A stretch of DNA of 64,000 nucleotides, taken from a virus. The translations under genes were made by a program, and so were the position numbers. Where the stretch lies: positions 1 through 64,000 of IMG/VR virus record IMGVR_UViG_3300001201_000002. One strand, 5' to 3'. Below, piece by piece: positions 52,207-62,377 of the stretch. The notes under the pieces were generated by a model. That model was not told the origin of the DNA. It saw only the letters and a list, made by a program, of their open reading frames with translations, and searched no databases. Numbering within the stretch: position 1 is the first letter of the stretch; each line of letters opens with the position of its first letter.

Positions 52207-54246
52207 TTACCCTGTCATTGTCGAAATGAGAAGCGATTTCTCACGATCAGTCAATGTTTGATCACGTTCAATCTCAGTTCGCATGTCTTCAATGGCGCGG
52301 AAGTAGTCTGCAGAGTCCGGATCACCGATCTGACGGAGACGTGCGGCCATCCCATTCCCCTGCATATATGTGCGCAACTTTTGCTGTGCTTCCTGTGGAG
52401 TGATACCATTCAGAGACTGATCCTTGAGTTGGTTCACTTGGTTTTGCAGTTGTTGACGACGTGCCGGATCAGTGGCTTTCGCCAGTTGAGTTTGGGCAGC
52501 AGAGATCTGAAGCTGAATAGACTGTGACCGAGCATCACGAGTTTGCTGCTGAACCAGAGCACCTTCATAAGCCCGCATGCCCTCAGGACCGACAGTCTCG
52601 TTAAGGTAGGCCACAACATCATCAGGATTGAACCGCTTGTCACGACGGTTAGTGCCCCATGGGTCGCGCTTGAACTCATCAGCCATAGCCGCTGCAGCCA
52701 TCGCAGGAGTAACCCCGGCAGACTCAGCAATCGTGTTGATGTGACGACGAAGTTGGTTGTCATCCACGTTCTCACCAAAGAGACCGAACACGTATGTGCG
52801 AGGATCTTCGCCATCTGAGCCAAGACCAAGATCTTCGATAAGGCCATTTGTTGGATCATCACCGTAGCGTTCAGCAGTGTTGAGCAGACGGGTCTGCGGT
52901 AGAGCGTCAATCTCACGTTGACGAGTACGCGCATCAGAGTCAGCCTGAGCCTGTAGAAGAGGATCAGCTTCAACCTGAGGAGCAAGAATTCCACCTAGAG
53001 GACCAGCAGCTGCTTGTTCAGAAGCAGATACGGCAGCTAATTGCTGAGTAGGTGTCAGGTTGGAATCATTGATGATCGAGTTAGCCAGGCCGGCAGTCGA
53101 TGTAACATCCGGAGACTGGATACCTGCAAGGATCGAACCAGCTTGAGCATCAGCAACACGAGCCGCTTCGGCAGTGTCAATCTGTGCCTGGCCCCGATCT
53201 TGTGCAGCATTTACACCGTTCACGATAGCGTTTACGTCTTCGATAGTCATGGTTGAGTTTGAAGCCACAGCTTGCATCAGAGCGGCAGCGGCCGGAGACT
53301 GAGCACCATTGCTTGTGATAGGTGCGGAACCAGAACGAAGATATGCAGCAGAGCGAGAGTCTTGGTGTTCTTGAGCAGGACGCAGGAAGTTACGGACGAT
53401 TGCTGCACCAGCTTCGCCTGCATTCGATGTGTTGAAAATGGCCTGAGCCGCAGCACTTTCAGATCCACCGAGCTCTTCCATCATGAAGTCCAGCTGGTTG
53501 TCGATGGAATAATCGTTGCCGTATTTGGCTTCGAACGCATCACGACGAGCACCTGTCAGTTGATATAGGCCTTTGCCGAAAGTACCGTGGACGTTGGCTT
53601 CTGCCTCAGTGATGTCTACGTTGAAACCAGACTCATCTTGGAAGTTCATCATAAACCCTTGAGCCACGTGCTCAGGAATACCACGAGCCAGGAGACCATC
53701 GTAAACCTGGGTCTGAACTTCACCTTGAGGAACGTTGTAGCCATTCTGTTGACCTGAAGCGACAGCATTCGCATAAGCAGGAGTCAGGGCAGCCAGTTCA
53801 TCACGACGTTGGTTGCCATATGCCCAATCAGCGGCTGTACGGCTTTCTCCGGCCAGAGCCAGGTCTGTTGAGACATTGGTTCGACGAGTGTTAGCACCAG
53901 TCAGAGCCGTGTTAGCTCGTGTCTGATCTACATCTGCACGGCCTTGCGCGTAACCGATGACGTTGTCACGCAATCCCAGAACATGGGCCCGCATATCGTC
54001 AGAAAGGTTCGCATTTGCAAGGTCGGCAGTTGAGAGAAAATCAGCCAAACCAGCTTCATCCTGAATACCAGCAATCTCCCCAAGGAGAGCAGCATCGCCT
54101 TTTGATTGTTGACCTTCTTGGTACTTTTCAAGAAGCCCACCAGCTGCGGAAATACCACGGTCAAATGACGCGCCTGCTTGTGCCAGCATATTACCGGCAG
54201 CACTCATGTTAGGTGCGGCGACTTGTTCGATTGTTAGACGTGCCAT
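52207..54246 (-). CDS. internal virion protein with phage tail-lysozyme (peptidoglycan hydrolase) domain
   Basis: GFMMNFQDESGFNVDITE..GKGLYQLTGARRDAFEAKYG...QLDFMMEEL...FLRPA matches the Phage_lysozyme2-type block. Confidence 0.65.
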   Translation of the reverse strand: MARLTIEQVAAPNMSAAGNMLAQAGASFDRGISAAGGLLEKYQEGQQSKGDAALLGEIAGIQDEAGLADFLSTADLANANLSDDMRAHVLGLRDNVIGYAQGRADVDQTRANTALTGANTRRTNVSTDLALAGESRTAADWAYGNQRRDELAALTPAYANAVASGQQNGYNVPQGEVQTQVYDGLLARGIPEHVAQGFMMNFQDESGFNVDITEAEANVHGTFGKGLYQLTGARRDAFEAKYGNDYSIDNQLDFMMEELGGSESAAAQAIFNTSNAGEAGAAIVRNFLRPAQEHQDSRSAAYLRSGSAPITSNGAQSPAAAALMQAVASNSTMTIEDVNAIVNGVNAAQDRGQAQIDTAEAARVADAQAGSILAGIQSPDVTSTAGLANSIINDSNLTPTQQLAAVSASEQAAAGPLGGILAPQVEADPLLQAQADSDARTRQREIDALPQTRLLNTAERYGDDPTNGLIEDLGLGSDGEDPRTYVFGLFGENVDDNQLRRHINTIAESAGVTPAMAAAAMADEFKRDPWGTNRRDKRFNPDDVVAYLNETVGPEGMRAYEGALVQQQTRDARSQSIQLQISAAQTQLAKATDPARRQQLQNQVNQLKDQSLNGITPQEAQQKLRTYMQGNGMAARLRQIGDPDSADYFRAIEDMRTEIERDQTLTDREKSLLISTMTG

Positions 54247-54258
54247 GTGACGGTCTCC

Positions 54259-54693
54259 TTAAAGGCTGCGCTCTTCGATGATCTTGTTTGTCTCTGCTTC
54301 GCTTGCGCCATTGTAAGCACCACGTGAGCGGATACGATCTTCGAGAGCTGAGTTGTATGTTGAACGCTGGTCGTTCAAGTTGTTCTCGTAGGCTCGTTTG
54401 TTCAGGTTGAATGTCTTCTTAGCCATCTTCTGTTGCTGGAAACTGTTCCATAGTGAACCAAGAGTCTGAATGGCTCCAAGCCCGATCTGAGCACCACCAC
54501 CTTCTTGCCAGAAGCCTGGGTTGGTATTCGTAGCAGCACCAGCAGCCGCAGTCGTGCCAGGGGTTGCGATAGGAGCCATATTGGCCCCGGCATTCGGAGC
54601 ATTGATGCCCGTAGATTGAATTGGAGCCATAGCTTGTTGGGCTACAGCGTTATCGGCAGTCTGGCCACCGAAGAGATTCCCTAGATTAAACAT
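54259..54693 (-). CDS. Gly/Ala/Asn-rich virion protein (144 aa)
   Basis: Late-operon position. Low-complexity N-terminal half. Confidence 0.6.
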   Translation of the reverse strand: MFNLGNLFGGQTADNAVAQQAMAPIQSTGINAPNAGANMAPIATPGTTAAAGAATNTNPGFWQEGGGAQIGLGAIQTLGSLWNSFQQQKMAKKTFNLNKRAYENNLNDQRSTYNSALEDRIRSRGAYNGASEAETNKIIEERSL

Positions 54694-54707
54694 GTGTTCC
54701 CTTTCGA

Positions 54708-57419
54708 TTAGGTAGGAAGTTGAAGGTTGAGTTCTGCAAAGTCTGAAACCATCGTTAGCGTAATGTCCACAACTTCCGATCCGGTCATCGTGGTACGGTG
54801 GATGAATTCGTCGAGACTCTCCGGCACATAGCTTCCAGTCCCTGACCCATTGCCAGCTGAAACATCTGTAAGCTGCATTGGATCAAAAGACAAACCGTTA
54901 TTTCCACCAAGTTCAGCAATCATCTCGGCAATCTTGTCCATCTCTTCCTTGTTCTCTTGTCCAAGAACTTCAAGTTGCTCGTTGAGATCTGCGATGTCTG
55001 CTTGGACGAACCCATTGTAACCATTGGCTAAAGCTGAGCTCATGGCCAACAAATTCTTGGGCGTCATAGCCGTAGTCATGTTGAAATTGTTGAATCCACC
55101 GGAAGCACCGAAGGTGATTGCAAAAGAAATGATTGCTCCGATAATAGAGCCCCACTTCTCACCAAAGACGTTGGTTGTTACCTCCGTAACGACTCCGGTC
55201 AATACGATCGCCGCCAGAGCATTTGACACAGCCCCGGCTAGGATTGCTGCCGTTCCAGAGAAACCGAGTGAGGCTCCAACCGCGGCATTCGCACCGAACA
55301 GGCCAGACGCCCCTGACATTGCAGCTGGGTTGATCAGCACTGAGACTACCAGAACCAGTACGATGATCAGAAGCATGCCCAAGAATCGTTGATACCATCG
55401 TTGCACCGTTACCTTGTAAGAGTTGAAGATTAGGAACGTGTTCGACAAGGCCAGCTGAGTTGAATCAACCAGGCTCATGGCACGTAGAGTAGGGTCGTGA
55501 AGCGGGATAAGGAAGCCAGAAGTCTCATCGTCATCCAGGGCCTCATGAAACGAGATGTGGACGTACTTCCCTTGGTAGATGAAGTTCCGGTGAGTTAGCC
55601 CGTAAACAGTCAGCCGCTTGTAAGTTGTGTCACTGGTTTGCCAAAAGACAAGAGTCTTCTCGATCTCGTGTGGAGTTGTGGAACCATTGACCACCTCATC
55701 CCACTCAAAGGTTCCATCCTTCTCGATCCAGACCTCACCGGTCGTAGCCCCTGGCTTGCCTTCCCCAGAGAAGAATTCCTCATCAATCGACACCCATGTG
55801 ATCCGGTTGTCGAAGTTAGGTAGACGGGCATCTGCACTCTTCAGATTGAGAGTTGTCGTTTCTGGTTCAACCAACTGAGGAACAGGCGGTGCAGTGGTGT
55901 TATATCGTGGATGTGAGGAGTCGCTTTGGGCAGCAACCCACTCATCATAATCAGCGACGTCAGCATCGTATGTGGCAACATCCGAGATGAAACCAGCCAT
56001 ATAAGTCCCGTTGGTGTTCTGATATGGGATCATGCCTTCCAGGAAGCTGTAGATGTACTTCAGGCCGGCATTTTCTGTGGTGTTCAGAGAAGCTCCGTAT
56101 GCGATGTAGCAATAGTCGATGTCACCCAGATCTTCGTTATCTTCGACCTGTTCAACCAACTCATCAAAAGAGTTCCCTGAGGACGCTCGCTTGTAGGCAG
56201 CCTTACTTTCCTCGTAGAGACCATTGCCTGTGTCATCGTCGAAGTCCTCATCAAAGATGGAAACGTTGTTCAACCGAACAGGGATGAACGGATAAAATTC
56301 AGCACTTGACGCGGCACTGGCATCTTCCTCAGCCAAAGCATCCAAAGTAGCGTTTCCTGTGCCGATCTCATAGATGAAGATCTGCTGCCCACCGACAACC
56401 TTACCGTTGATCGTATCCTGGGTGTCGATCCGGTAATCGTAGATTGGATCCAAGTGATCACCATCACGCTCAGTGACAACAGTCTCAGTCACTCCACCAC
56501 CAATGTCGTTGTATTCTGTGGTTGTAGAGATCCGATCGACTTCATGGCGCCGCTCAAAGATATGGATAAAGGTCTCAACGTTCTTGGTTTGAGCATCCCC
56601 AGTGTCACCGTTCCCGGCATAGACCGTGTTGGAGAATACCTCTTCAATACCGTTGAAGTCTTCTAAGTCGATCTCTGAAGTTGTTGTGGGCCCATCCTGA
56701 GGGGTTGAGTCTGAATAGGTCTTGGTGACCGTTTCATCGTAGCTCAGAATAAAGGATTCAATCCCTGTGTTAGAGATCGAGTCGCTGGAATACCCTGTTG
56801 TGTCAGGTAGACTGGCAAAGTCCACATCTTCAACCAAGGTGCCTGTCTCCAGGTCCTGGGTCTCTGAAGGCAGAGTGTGCTTGAAATACGCAACGACGTA
56901 CTTCTTGTTCGCATCATATGAACCAGCAGGGACAACATCAGTCGAGGCATCGTCGTACTGAATGATGAACTCATGGTTGTCCAGATCATATTCTGAGCTG
57001 TAATCGGTGTTGAACTTGTCTGGCTCATTCTCAAGGATCCACTCCTCCACAAAGTAGGTGAAGTCTCCGTCGGAGAGTGTGGCCTGGCCCATCTGAACTT
57101 CCATGCCTGCAGGGTCTGCTGGAATAGGAATGTGAGGTTTAACCACATGAGGATCAACAGGGAGGGCCCGTTGAACTGAAAGATCTGGAAGCCCTGCTGC
57201 ATTGTTGCGCTTGGCCCAATTCATAAAGGACCGCTGACGAATGCCCGGTCCACTTAGCAGGTTGTTGACAATCGCCTCACCGAGGTACTGATTGCCGGGT
57301 GACATGATCGTAGAGAAGATTGTGGACTTGATGTAGCTCACACGATCAGCTTCATCCCCGGCCAGGTTATAGACCGAGGATGCTACCGAAATCGTCTTCT
57401 TCTTTGAAAAGAAACCCAT
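54708..57419 (-). CDS. large virion protein (903 aa) with C-terminal transmembrane segments
   Basis: Hydrophobic stretches FLGMLLIIVLVLVVSVLI and AAILAGAVSNALAAIVLTGVV. Late structural operon. Confidence 0.65.
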   Translation of the reverse strand: MGFFSKKKTISVASSVYNLAGDEADRVSYIKSTIFSTIMSPGNQYLGEAIVNNLLSGPGIRQRSFMNWAKRNNAAGLPDLSVQRALPVDPHVVKPHIPIPADPAGMEVQMGQATLSDGDFTYFVEEWILENEPDKFNTDYSSEYDLDNHEFIIQYDDASTDVVPAGSYDANKKYVVAYFKHTLPSETQDLETGTLVEDVDFASLPDTTGYSSDSISNTGIESFILSYDETVTKTYSDSTPQDGPTTTSEIDLEDFNGIEEVFSNTVYAGNGDTGDAQTKNVETFIHIFERRHEVDRISTTTEYNDIGGGVTETVVTERDGDHLDPIYDYRIDTQDTINGKVVGGQQIFIYEIGTGNATLDALAEEDASAASSAEFYPFIPVRLNNVSIFDEDFDDDTGNGLYEESKAAYKRASSGNSFDELVEQVEDNEDLGDIDYCYIAYGASLNTTENAGLKYIYSFLEGMIPYQNTNGTYMAGFISDVATYDADVADYDEWVAAQSDSSHPRYNTTAPPVPQLVEPETTTLNLKSADARLPNFDNRITWVSIDEEFFSGEGKPGATTGEVWIEKDGTFEWDEVVNGSTTPHEIEKTLVFWQTSDTTYKRLTVYGLTHRNFIYQGKYVHISFHEALDDDETSGFLIPLHDPTLRAMSLVDSTQLALSNTFLIFNSYKVTVQRWYQRFLGMLLIIVLVLVVSVLINPAAMSGASGLFGANAAVGASLGFSGTAAILAGAVSNALAAIVLTGVVTEVTTNVFGEKWGSIIGAIISFAITFGASGGFNNFNMTTAMTPKNLLAMSSALANGYNGFVQADIADLNEQLEVLGQENKEEMDKIAEMIAELGGNNGLSFDPMQLTDVSAGNGSGTGSYVPESLDEFIHRTTMTGSEVVDITLTMVSDFAELNLQLPT

Positions 57420-57422
57420 GGT

Positions 57423-58619
57423 TTATGTCAGGTTGTTCTCTGAGCGCAAGTTAGTCAGAACAGCGTTGATGTTTGTCTCATTCAACTGTGCAGGAGGCGA
57501 GATACCTTCATCCAAAGACTTCTGAGTGATCCACGCATCGAACCACATCTTCGCAGCCTTCTGCTTACCATCCTTGACGAATGAGTCGATTTGCTGGGTG
57601 TAGAGGTCCTTCTGTTTCCCAACAGAACCAGTCACGATAGTGGAACCATCTGAGCGAGTATCCAGAGTCTTGGCACGCTCAGCCTCACGTTGTTCTTTGA
57701 CCAGATCCAGCTGAACAGGAAGAACCTGAGACACATTGAAGGTCTTGCTGGCGATGTCTTGATCGAGAGAGTCTTTCTGACGTCCAACCATACCTGTAAC
57801 AGGAGCACCATCCACACGGGTGTCGAGTGTCTGAGCACGTTGAACTTCAGCCTGCTCTTCGTACAAGTGAACCTTGGCTTCTTCTTGATCACGTGTGAAC
57901 GGTAGGATCTCACGGTGAGTGTATTCGTTGATGGCGGCCTCTGCCGGCAATACCCGATCAGCCTGAAGCTTGTTAATAGCAACAGTCGACGGGAGAACCT
58001 GCATACGGTTATACTGGGTGACAGCCAGCTCAGCAGGCATTGTGTAATCAACCTGGAACCGGGCTCCATCAGTCTCTGCACGAATTCCGTGGTGACGAGC
58101 CTCAGCGTTGGCAATTTCCATCTTGGTTAGAGCATACTGAGCACTTGAGTTGTGCATGTCGAACTGCATCTTAGCAGCTTCAGCCTTTGCACGTTCCAGC
58201 TCTACGTTAGCTTGAACCACACCGATCTCAGCAACTCGTGCTTCCATCTGTGCTTTGATTGCATCCCAGCGGGCTTGGTCTTTTGATAGCAGAAACTGAA
58301 CAGAGGTCGAAAGGACCCCTTGAATCATCTGCGCATAAATCTGTGCGTAATTGTCTCCGGTGATCCGACCACCTTTGAACTCTCGCTCCAGGTGTAGGTC
58401 AATAGCACACATCAGTTGGTCGAATGTGCCCTCACCTTCCAGATCAACTTCCGTCAGATCTTCTAGGGAGATTGTCGCGATGTCACCGTAAAGATCGGAC
58501 TCATCGTCCTTGGTGTAGGTGTAAGCATCCCCAGACAAATCCAATGCGGGGATGGTTACAAAATCCTCAGTCAGAGAGAGGTGCAGCTCGTTTGCTAGTT
58601 CATCAATAGTATCGGGCAT
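57423..58619 (-). CDS. virion structural protein (398 aa)
   Basis: Late operon, 3-nt gap to the neighbour. Coiled-coil-rich. Confidence 0.6.
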   Translation of the reverse strand: MPDTIDELANELHLSLTEDFVTIPALDLSGDAYTYTKDDESDLYGDIATISLEDLTEVDLEGEGTFDQLMCAIDLHLEREFKGGRITGDNYAQIYAQMIQGVLSTSVQFLLSKDQARWDAIKAQMEARVAEIGVVQANVELERAKAEAAKMQFDMHNSSAQYALTKMEIANAEARHHGIRAETDGARFQVDYTMPAELAVTQYNRMQVLPSTVAINKLQADRVLPAEAAINEYTHREILPFTRDQEEAKVHLYEEQAEVQRAQTLDTRVDGAPVTGMVGRQKDSLDQDIASKTFNVSQVLPVQLDLVKEQREAERAKTLDTRSDGSTIVTGSVGKQKDLYTQQIDSFVKDGKQKAAKMWFDAWITQKSLDEGISPPAQLNETNINAVLTNLRSENNLT

Positions 58620-58639
58620 AATGCACCTCTCTCTTTAGT

Positions 58640-59386
58640 TTAGGCTACGGACTTGTCGATTGTGCCGGCAGCGCGTTGGTGTGCAGCAAGCTCAGCCATT
58701 TCTTCCTTCGTCAAATCAGGAAGATATTCGATCTGGTACTTGTTGACGTATTTGGTTGAATACTTCTTCACACCAAACTTGCCACCTTTGATCTCACGAC
58801 GCAAGACGAACTTCTGGTTCTTCATCTGCTTCAGGATGATCGCAGGAACGTGCCAGCCATTCTCGCTCGCTTCGCCAAACGGAACGAACTTCGAGACCTT
58901 GCCGGTATACTTGTTCACCGCAGTGATCAAAGCACCTTCCAGCTGAGCTTCTGAAGGGTCAACGTTTGTGATGTTCACACGAACCAAACGAAGAGCTTGA
59001 GCACGGATTACCTGACGGCGAAGAGCTGGGTCGGCAACTTTCTTCGGATCCATCTTCAGGAGCTCTTCAATTGAAGGACCTGCAGGGATCGCCTTAGCGA
59101 CTTCGATAGGCTCATCGTCTGCACCGCCGAGGATGTCATCCATCAGGTTAGCAGCATCGACAGTCGGTGTCGCTTGAACTGTAGGAGTTTCAGTTGGCGC
59201 CGGAGGAGTTGATTCTTCAATCTTAGCTTTCATGGCTTCGAAGATCTTCTCTTTCAGCTTAGGAGCACCGGTGTTGCCGGAGAATGTCAGACCCAGGTCT
59301 GTAGCTGTGCCGCGGAGAACTTCAATGTCTTCGATCAGTTCAACTGTGGCAATTACTTCTTGGGGAGATGTGGAGTTGATGTCCAT
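58640..59386 (-). CDS. virion structural protein (248 aa)
   Basis: ATG at 59386 downstream of the MCP terminator. The upstream TTG extension would run into the hairpin. Confidence 0.6.
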   Translation of the reverse strand: MDINSTSPQEVIATVELIEDIEVLRGTATDLGLTFSGNTGAPKLKEKIFEAMKAKIEESTPPAPTETPTVQATPTVDAANLMDDILGGADDEPIEVAKAIPAGPSIEELLKMDPKKVADPALRRQVIRAQALRLVRVNITNVDPSEAQLEGALITAVNKYTGKVSKFVPFGEASENGWHVPAIILKQMKNQKFVLRREIKGGKFGVKKYSTKYVNKYQIEYLPDLTKEEMAELAAHQRAAGTIDKSVA

Positions 59387-59415
59387 GGTTTGATACTTTC
59401 TGATTACGGTTGGTA

Positions 59416-59441
59416 GCAAAAAGGGCCCCGAAGGGCCCCTT
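59416..59441 (-). terminator. rho-independent terminator after major capsid gene
   Basis: Minus strand reads GGGCCC-TTCG-GGGCCC followed by TTTTT. Confidence 0.8.
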
Positions 59442-59463
59442 CTATTTATCTATGCCCTAAGTT

Positions 59464-60663
59464 TTACTCAGGTGCAACAGTCTTGACAAGACCAATGCGC
59501 TCAGGACGAAGAGCGATGAAGCCGTGGTAGAAGGTGATGGATGTGAAACCCTGCTTCCCGTATGGGTCGTGGATCGTAGCCATCGCCTCGCCAGGCTTCT
59601 TCATGATGATCTTGAACTTCTGCTTGGCGCCTTTCTTGCCAGAGTTCTGCAGACCAACTGTAGCGAACGATTCGTCGCCAACGACAAGCATTGGGAAGAT
59701 GTCGTATTTGCTGTTGGTTTCAGCATAACCTGGGTTTGTAGTGACGTCATCACCAGCACCAGCCCACTTCATCATGTTTGGAACAACAACGATGCGGAAG
59801 TCACCGACTGCACCGATTTCGCCGTTCATGACAGTTGAAGCATCAGCGTACTTGCGAACTGGGATGAATGCAGCCTGCTCGGTAGAACCGATAGTCTGGA
59901 CCATGTTCTCGACAGTGGTCTGAAGCTCAGAACCAATGTAGAGGATGCGAGCTGCGTTAACAGTCGCAGTGTCGGTCATCTTCGAACCTTTGATGATAGT
60001 CGTTTTCTTTGGAGTACGGTTGTCATCCAGAGTAATCGACAGCTTCTTCAGGTCAGAATAAGTCACGACAGATGGGTCAGCACCTTCGCCAGTGATCTCG
60101 TCGTCGGCAGTCGCAACACCAGTGTAAACAACTGTACCAGCTGCGGACAGCAGGTCGATCTGAAGAAGGTCTTCAGTCAGTTCGTTCGCACCAGCAACCA
60201 TCTCACGAGACATGTGGCCGTAAAGCTCAGAGTCCGTATCGAAAGTCAGCGAGTCTTCGGTAAAGTCAGTGAAGAAGCCGTGCTCTTGGAGAGTGCCGGA
60301 GCGCTCAATACGAGTAAAGCCAACGCGGTTCACGCGCCCACCGTTTTCCTGCATGACAGGCATCTTAGACGAGATTGTACCCACGTCTGTAGATGAACCG
60401 TAGATGTTACCGCCAGCGTAAGTTACGCCGTCAGCATCGAGACCTTGGTCGTTGACGTTGCGGTCATCGAGCAAAGGAACGTAGTAGTAGACTTTCAGCT
60501 CTTTACCGTAGTGCATCGGCATAGAACGAACGTCAGCCAATGGGCTGAAGAACATCTGCTCAGCAGCGTCGATAAGAGACTTGCGGTCCCAGTAGTGAGT
60601 GTTGAACTGGCCACCAACAGAAGATGGTGTGCCGCCTGCGGGGTCGTTATAAACTTGAGCCAT
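59464..60663 (-). CDS. major capsid protein (N4 gp56-like)
   Basis: 399 aa. Followed by its own terminator and lies three genes downstream of the portal, as in N4. RBS present. Confidence 0.8.
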   Translation of the reverse strand: MAQVYNDPAGGTPSSVGGQFNTHYWDRKSLIDAAEQMFFSPLADVRSMPMHYGKELKVYYYVPLLDDRNVNDQGLDADGVTYAGGNIYGSSTDVGTISSKMPVMQENGGRVNRVGFTRIERSGTLQEHGFFTDFTEDSLTFDTDSELYGHMSREMVAGANELTEDLLQIDLLSAAGTVVYTGVATADDEITGEGADPSVVTYSDLKKLSITLDDNRTPKKTTIIKGSKMTDTATVNAARILYIGSELQTTVENMVQTIGSTEQAAFIPVRKYADASTVMNGEIGAVGDFRIVVVPNMMKWAGAGDDVTTNPGYAETNSKYDIFPMLVVGDESFATVGLQNSGKKGAKQKFKIIMKKPGEAMATIHDPYGKQGFTSITFYHGFIALRPERIGLVKTVAPE

Positions 60664-60701
60664 GAGAGTGTATCCTTTTCAAACTTCTCAGGTGGACTCT
60701 C

Positions 60702-61925
60702 TTAACTGGGTGGTGCGAGCTTCATGAACTCTTCATCACTCAGATCGGAGTAATCCGGTACGGTGGGAGCTGCTTCTTTCTTAGCAGCGGGTTTGGGGTT
60801 TGAAGAGAGGTTTGGATTGGGTTGCTCAGTCTTCGGCTTAGGAGCGACCTTCCGAGTGCCAGTGTCGATTGGCGCTTGCGCCGCAGGAGTGGACTTAGGG
60901 GCAGAACTTGTCAAAATGCCGCCAATGTTTTCCATCGCATTGCTTACTTGAGTGTAAGCCTGTAAGAAGGGTACATCGGTTAGGAAACCGAGGACACGTT
61001 GGCGTTCAACTTCTGCTTTAATCTTCGAATAATCGCTGGTTCCAGCTGTGTCAACAGCAGATTTTTGATCCAGCAGGGTACTGAAGATAGCGGGCTGTTC
61101 GTAAAGAGCGTTTTTAGAGTCTTCATCCCAACCAGCATTCATGTCAGCAATTAGCTCTTTGCCGCCGTCTGCTTCAAGGGTTGCAGTGATCGCATCTTTG
61201 AACGCAATGCCTTTCTCATCGGCACTGTAGACCTTGTTTCCATCGTAGGTCGCATCCTTGGATACGTCGATGTCAAGCGGGTCAATCCCCTTATCTTTAA
61301 GTAGTTTCTGGATCGCAGCCGGGTCACCTTTGAGGACAGCATCCTGAGCACGTAGTGGCTTCATTTCCTGCATACGACGAGAATAGTTCGCACCCATTTG
61401 CATGAGGCGAATTGCTTCCGCGGCAGTCTTGACTTGGAAATCCTTGCCATCTGCTTTGAAAGGTTTTGTGATCTCGTCATAGAAGGCAGTGGCTTCCGCA
61501 ACTTTGGCATCGTCGACTTTAGGCTTGTCTTCTTTCTTCGCCTTGTCTTTCGCCTCTTCAGCTGGGTTGTCCTCTGGCTTCTCTTCTACAGGTGCGGGAT
61601 CTTCTTCGGCCGTCTCAGTTCCTTCCTCTGCGGCCGGAGCTGATTCTTCGGAGCCTGGTTGTTCAACAACTGGCTCTTCCTCGGCAACTTCCGCGTCTGG
61701 ATCGGCCTCTGGAGCTGGGTCCTCTTCAGGTGCTGGAGTGCCATCGTCGTCGCCTGCAGTTTCATCGACAGGAGTAGGATCTTCAACGACGGGTTCATTT
61801 GTCACCTCTTCTTCCGCAACTGGCTCTTCCTGCATCATCAAAGATTCGATCTGATCAGGAGTCAGCGCATTTACTTCGTCATCGGACAGAGCGTCCAAAT
61901 CAATTGGAGTATTTTCATCAGCCAT
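60702..61925 (-). CDS. acidic Pro/Glu-rich protein (407 aa), scaffold-like
   Basis: The N-terminal 150 aa is E/P/A/D low complexity. Located between portal and capsid genes. Confidence 0.55.
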   Translation of the reverse strand: MADENTPIDLDALSDDEVNALTPDQIESLMMQEEPVAEEEVTNEPVVEDPTPVDETAGDDDGTPAPEEDPAPEADPDAEVAEEEPVVEQPGSEESAPAAEEGTETAEEDPAPVEEKPEDNPAEEAKDKAKKEDKPKVDDAKVAEATAFYDEITKPFKADGKDFQVKTAAEAIRLMQMGANYSRRMQEMKPLRAQDAVLKGDPAAIQKLLKDKGIDPLDIDVSKDATYDGNKVYSADEKGIAFKDAITATLEADGGKELIADMNAGWDEDSKNALYEQPAIFSTLLDQKSAVDTAGTSDYSKIKAEVERQRVLGFLTDVPFLQAYTQVSNAMENIGGILTSSAPKSTPAAQAPIDTGTRKVAPKPKTEQPNPNLSSNPKPAAKKEAAPTVPDYSDLSDEEFMKLAPPS

Positions 61926-61929
61926 TACT

Positions 61930-62325
61930 TTATTCCTCCTCAGCTTGAGCAGCCATGGCTTCAGCGTATGCTTCTTCCAGACCTTCGAGTTGATCGGCAG
62001 CCATCTGACCTTTTTGAACGGCCAGGGATAGGAATGTGTTCAGAGAACCAATGGACTTCAGATCTTTGACGACTTCGTCAGCCTCTTTATCAGTAAGCTT
62101 ACCAGAAACCAACAGACCAGCGAGACGTTGAGGCTCAGTGCCCATGTATCCTTTATGGATCACCGTCTGGAAGTCTTCATTGTGGAATAGACGTTCTGCA
62201 GCCTTTGCAATCTCTATCGTACTATTACAGGCCTCCCGCAGTTCCTGAAGTTCGTCGTAAGAGATTCCAACCTCTTGATGAACCGCATCGTCGCCATCAA
62301 AGCCTTCGTATAGTTGTGTCATCAA
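61930..62325 (-). CDS. hypothetical head-module protein (131 aa)
   Basis: 4-nt gap to the neighbour. Late operon. Confidence 0.6.
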   Translation of the reverse strand: MMTQLYEGFDGDDAVHQEVGISYDELQELREACNSTIEIAKAAERLFHNEDFQTVIHKGYMGTEPQRLAGLLVSGKLTDKEADEVVKDLKSIGSLNTFLSLAVQKGQMAADQLEGLEEAYAEAMAAQAEEE

Positions 62326-62377
62326 AGTATCCTTTATGAGTTGATGATATGATAGTAGTGGTCGTGTCTTGCCCTAT